From Candidatus Micrarchaeia archaeon (GTDB lineage: Archaea; Micrarchaeota; Micrarchaeia; Burarchaeales; JACRGF01): 26,761 nt of DNA. The notes under the pieces were generated by a model. That model saw only the letters and a program-made list of their open reading frames with translations. It made no database searches and was not told the origin of the DNA. Positions 24,500 to 26,761 of this stretch are shown piece by piece. The stretch lies in NCBI GenBank assembly GCA_038870455.1, contig JAWCPB010000015.1, positions 1 to 26,761 on the forward strand. Reading direction: 5' to 3'. Within the stretch, counting starts at the first letter, position 1. Each line of letters opens with the position of its first letter. The translations under genes were made by a program, and so were the position numbers.

Positions 24500-24593
24500 T
24501 CGGCTGGCGTGCGGGCATGGTTTGAGGAGAGAGCGTGATTGGCGGGCGTGTGGTCGGCGAGCGTACGGGCATTGTTTGAGGAGAGGGTGTGAT
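24476..24593 (+). repeat. Three imperfect tandem copies of a gene-end/RBS junction (periods 39 and 54 nt, internal 15-nt duplication)
   Basis: gcgtggttcaaagagagggtgtgat (24476), gcatggtttgaggagagagcgtgat (24515), gcattgtttgaggagagggtgtgat (24569). 15-mers gtgattggcgggcgt / gtggtcggcgagcgt at 24535 / 24550. Confidence 0.85.
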
Positions 24594-25521
24594 GGCGAGA
24601 ATATTGATAACTGGCGGGGCGGGCTTCATCGGCAGCAATCTCGCGCACGCGCTGTGCGGGAAACATGACGTTGTTGTCCTTGACGATTTCTCTACCGGAA
24701 GCAGGGAAAACTTGAAGGGCGCGGATGTCGAGCTCATTGAGGGAAGCGTCTGCAATTTTGGCATGGTCAGGCGAGCCTGCAGGGGAGTTGATTTCGTATT
24801 GCACCAGGCCGCGCTCCCTAGCGTCCCTCGCTCTGTCAAGGACCCCGCTGCAACCAACGCCGCGAACGTCACGGGCACTCTCAATGTGCTCATCGCGGCG
24901 CGCGATGCAGGCGTCAAGCGCGTGGTTTACGCCTCCTCCTCAGCCGTTTACGGCGAGCAGAAAGCGAAAAAGAAGAGCGAGCGCCTCCTTCCCAGCCCGC
25001 TCTCTCCTTATGCGGCCAGCAAGCTGGCGGGCGAACTATACTGCAAAGTCTTTTTCGAAACCTACGGTCTTGAGACAGTCTGCCTCCGCTACTTCAACGT
25101 TTTCGGCCCACGTCAGAACCCAGCCGGAGAGTATGCGGCCGTTGTGCCGCGGTTCATCACCGCGCTCCTCAGCGGCGCTCCCCCGCTCATCTATGGCGAT
25201 GGCAAGCAGTCGCGCGACTTCACTTTCGTAGGGAATGTTGTCCAAGCCAACACGCTAGCCATGAGGGCGCGGCGCGCGGCCGGAAAAGCCTTTAACATTG
25301 CATGCGGCAAAAGCTATAGCGTGCTGACCCTCCTCCGCACGCTCGAGAAAATCACCGGAAAAAAATCCACCCCGAAATTTCTCCCTCCTCGAAAGGGCGA
25401 CATCCGCCACTCGCTTGCCGACATTTCACTGGCGAGGCGCGTGCTCGGCTACAGGCCCAAAATTGGTTTTGAGGGGGGCCTTGAGAAAACTGTTGCGTGG
25501 TTTGAGGCGAGGGGTGTCTGA
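24592..25521 (+). CDS. NAD-dependent epimerase, WbpP/TviC-like (UDP-GlcNAc(A) 4-epimerase family)
   Basis: TGGAGFIGSNL, LHQAALPSVPRSVKDP, ASSSAVYG, SPYAASK (YxxxK), LRYFNVFGPRQ, YAAVVP.F, QSRDFTFV, GDIRHSLADI. Confidence 0.92.
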   Translation: MARILITGGAGFIGSNLAHALCGKHDVVVLDDFSTGSRENLKGADVELIEGSVCNFGMVRRACRGVDFVLHQAALPSVPRSVKDPAATNAANVTGTLNVLIAARDAGVKRVVYASSSAVYGEQKAKKKSERLLPSPLSPYAASKLAGELYCKVFFETYGLETVCLRYFNVFGPRQNPAGEYAAVVPRFITALLSGAPPLIYGDGKQSRDFTFVGNVVQANTLAMRARRAAGKAFNIACGKSYSVLTLLRTLEKITGKKSTPKFLPPRKGDIRHSLADISLARRVLGYRPKIGFEGGLEKTVAWFEARGV

Positions 25522-26761
25522 ATGGACTACGTGAGCCTGAGGAAAAAAATTGAGGAAAAGAGCGCGGTCGTGTGCGTTGTTGGGCAGGGCTATGTCGGCA
25601 TCCACCTATCCGCCGCCTTTGCGCGTGCAGGCTTCCGCGTCATAGGCTTCGACATAAGTGAGAAGCGTGTTGCCGAGCTCTCGCGCTGCTCGGACATCGC
25701 TGGCGAAGTAAGCGAGGGCACGCTCCATGAGCTCCAGGTGGGCGGAAAGCTCACCTTCACCACAAACCCAGCCCCCATACGTCAGTGCGATTTTGTGCTG
25801 CTCGCCATTCCCACGCTGCTGACAAAGAAAAATGAGCCGGACCTCTCAGCCATTCGCGCCGCGAGCGAGACTGTCGGAAAGAACCTGAAGCGCGGCACAG
25901 TCGTCGTGCTCGAGTCGAGCGTCTATCCGGGTGTGACCGAGGAGGAGGTTCTTCCGCGCCTAGAAAAGTTCTCTGGAATGAAAGCGGGAGCTGATTTTTC
26001 TGTCGGCTATTCTCCTGAGCGCGTGAATCCCGGCGACCCAGAGCATTCGCTGGAAAAAATTGTGAAAGTGGTTGCCGGCCTGAACGACGAGACGACCGAT
26101 ATTCTCGCCCTCCTATATGGCCACATAACAAAGGCAGGCACATTCAAGGCCAAAAACATCAAGACCGCTGAGGCTGCCAAGATCATCGAGAACATCCAGC
26201 GCGACCTCAATATCGCGCTCATGAACGAGTTCGCCATCATCTTCGAGCGCATGGGCCTTAGCATATGGGATGTGCTTGAGGCTGCAAAGACAAAATGGAA
26301 CTTCATTCCATTCAAGCCTGGCCTCGTGGGCGGTTACTGTGTGCCCGTCAATCCTTATTACCTTGTATATAAGGCGAGAAAGCTCGGCTATCGCCCGCGT
26401 GTCATGCTTGCCGGCAGGAGCACGAATGACTCCATGCCCGGGCACATCGCCAGTTTAACGGAGAAGGCGCTTGCGGAAGCAGGGAAAAAAACAAAGGGCT
26501 CGCGCGTGCTGGTGCTTGGCCTGAGCTTTAAGGAGAATGTACATGAGCCAAGGTTTTCCCCTGTCAAGGAGGTTATTAAGGGCCTAAAGAAAAGAGGCTG
26601 TGCTGTGCTCGCGCATGACCCCCTCCTCTTTAAGTTTGATGTAGAGAAGGAATTTGGAGTAAAAAATCTTGATAATTTGGGGATGGCGAGTGGCGTGGAT
26701 GCAATAATCCTTGCTACAGGTCACAACGAGTTTAGGAAAATACTCCTGAGCGAGCTGAGGC
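25522..26761 (+). CDS. Nucleotide-sugar (UDP-HexNAc) 6-dehydrogenase, WbpO/TviB/WecC-like; runs off the window's right edge
   Basis: Not in the ORF track (no stop in the window). Manual translation MDYVSLRKKIEEKSAVVCVVGQGYVG..., LESSVYPGVTEE, YSPERVNPGD, AEAAKIIENIQRDLNIALMNE, TKWNF..FKPGLVGGYC, LGLSFKEN. Confidence 0.93.
   Translation, partial: MDYVSLRKKIEEKSAVVCVVGQGYVGIHLSAAFARAGFRVIGFDISEKRVAELSRCSDIAGEVSEGTLHELQVGGKLTFTTNPAPIRQCDFVLLAIPTLLTKKNEPDLSAIRAASETVGKNLKRGTVVVLESSVYPGVTEEEVLPRLEKFSGMKAGADFSVGYSPERVNPGDPEHSLEKIVKVVAGLNDETTDILALLYGHITKAGTFKAKNIKTAEAAKIIENIQRDLNIALMNEFAIIFERMGLSIWDVLEAAKTKWNFIPFKPGLVGGYCVPVNPYYLVYKARKLGYRPRVMLAGRSTNDSMPGHIASLTEKALAEAGKKTKGSRVLVLGLSFKENVHEPRFSPVKEVIKGLKKRGCAVLAHDPLLFKFDVEKEFGVKNLDNLGMASGVDAIILATGHNEFRKILLSELR

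Overview
GC-rich archaeal genome segment. Gene content and the tRNA intron style suggest a DPANN lineage such as Micrarchaeota (inference). Most of it is conserved housekeeping: gatD, elp3, thpR, aCPSF1/FttA-psmB, tfe-trm56, class I lysS, a polyprenyl synthase, ksgA-DUF655-rpoF-rpl21e and a class II HMG-CoA reductase. It ends in a nucleotide-sugar/N-glycosylation cluster. Two RNA genes are absent from the ORF track: a stand-alone 5S rRNA and a tRNA-Lys(CUU). The tRNA is split into three exons by two non-canonical introns (positions 19/20 and 59/60). Both have bulge-helix-bulge (BHB)-type splice geometry, and both are built from the same ~42-nt palindromic module (3 copies), which looks like a small mobile intron element. 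The second highlight is an intact gene with its own promoter encoding only one repeat (half) of TATA-binding protein. Also present are several apparent pseudo-enzymes (STT3-like, ChaN/EreA-like, RHH-nucleotidyltransferase), a frameshifted DUF4870 remnant and a triplicated gene-end/RBS junction in the glycosylation cluster. All calls come from reading the sequence by eye; no database searches were run.
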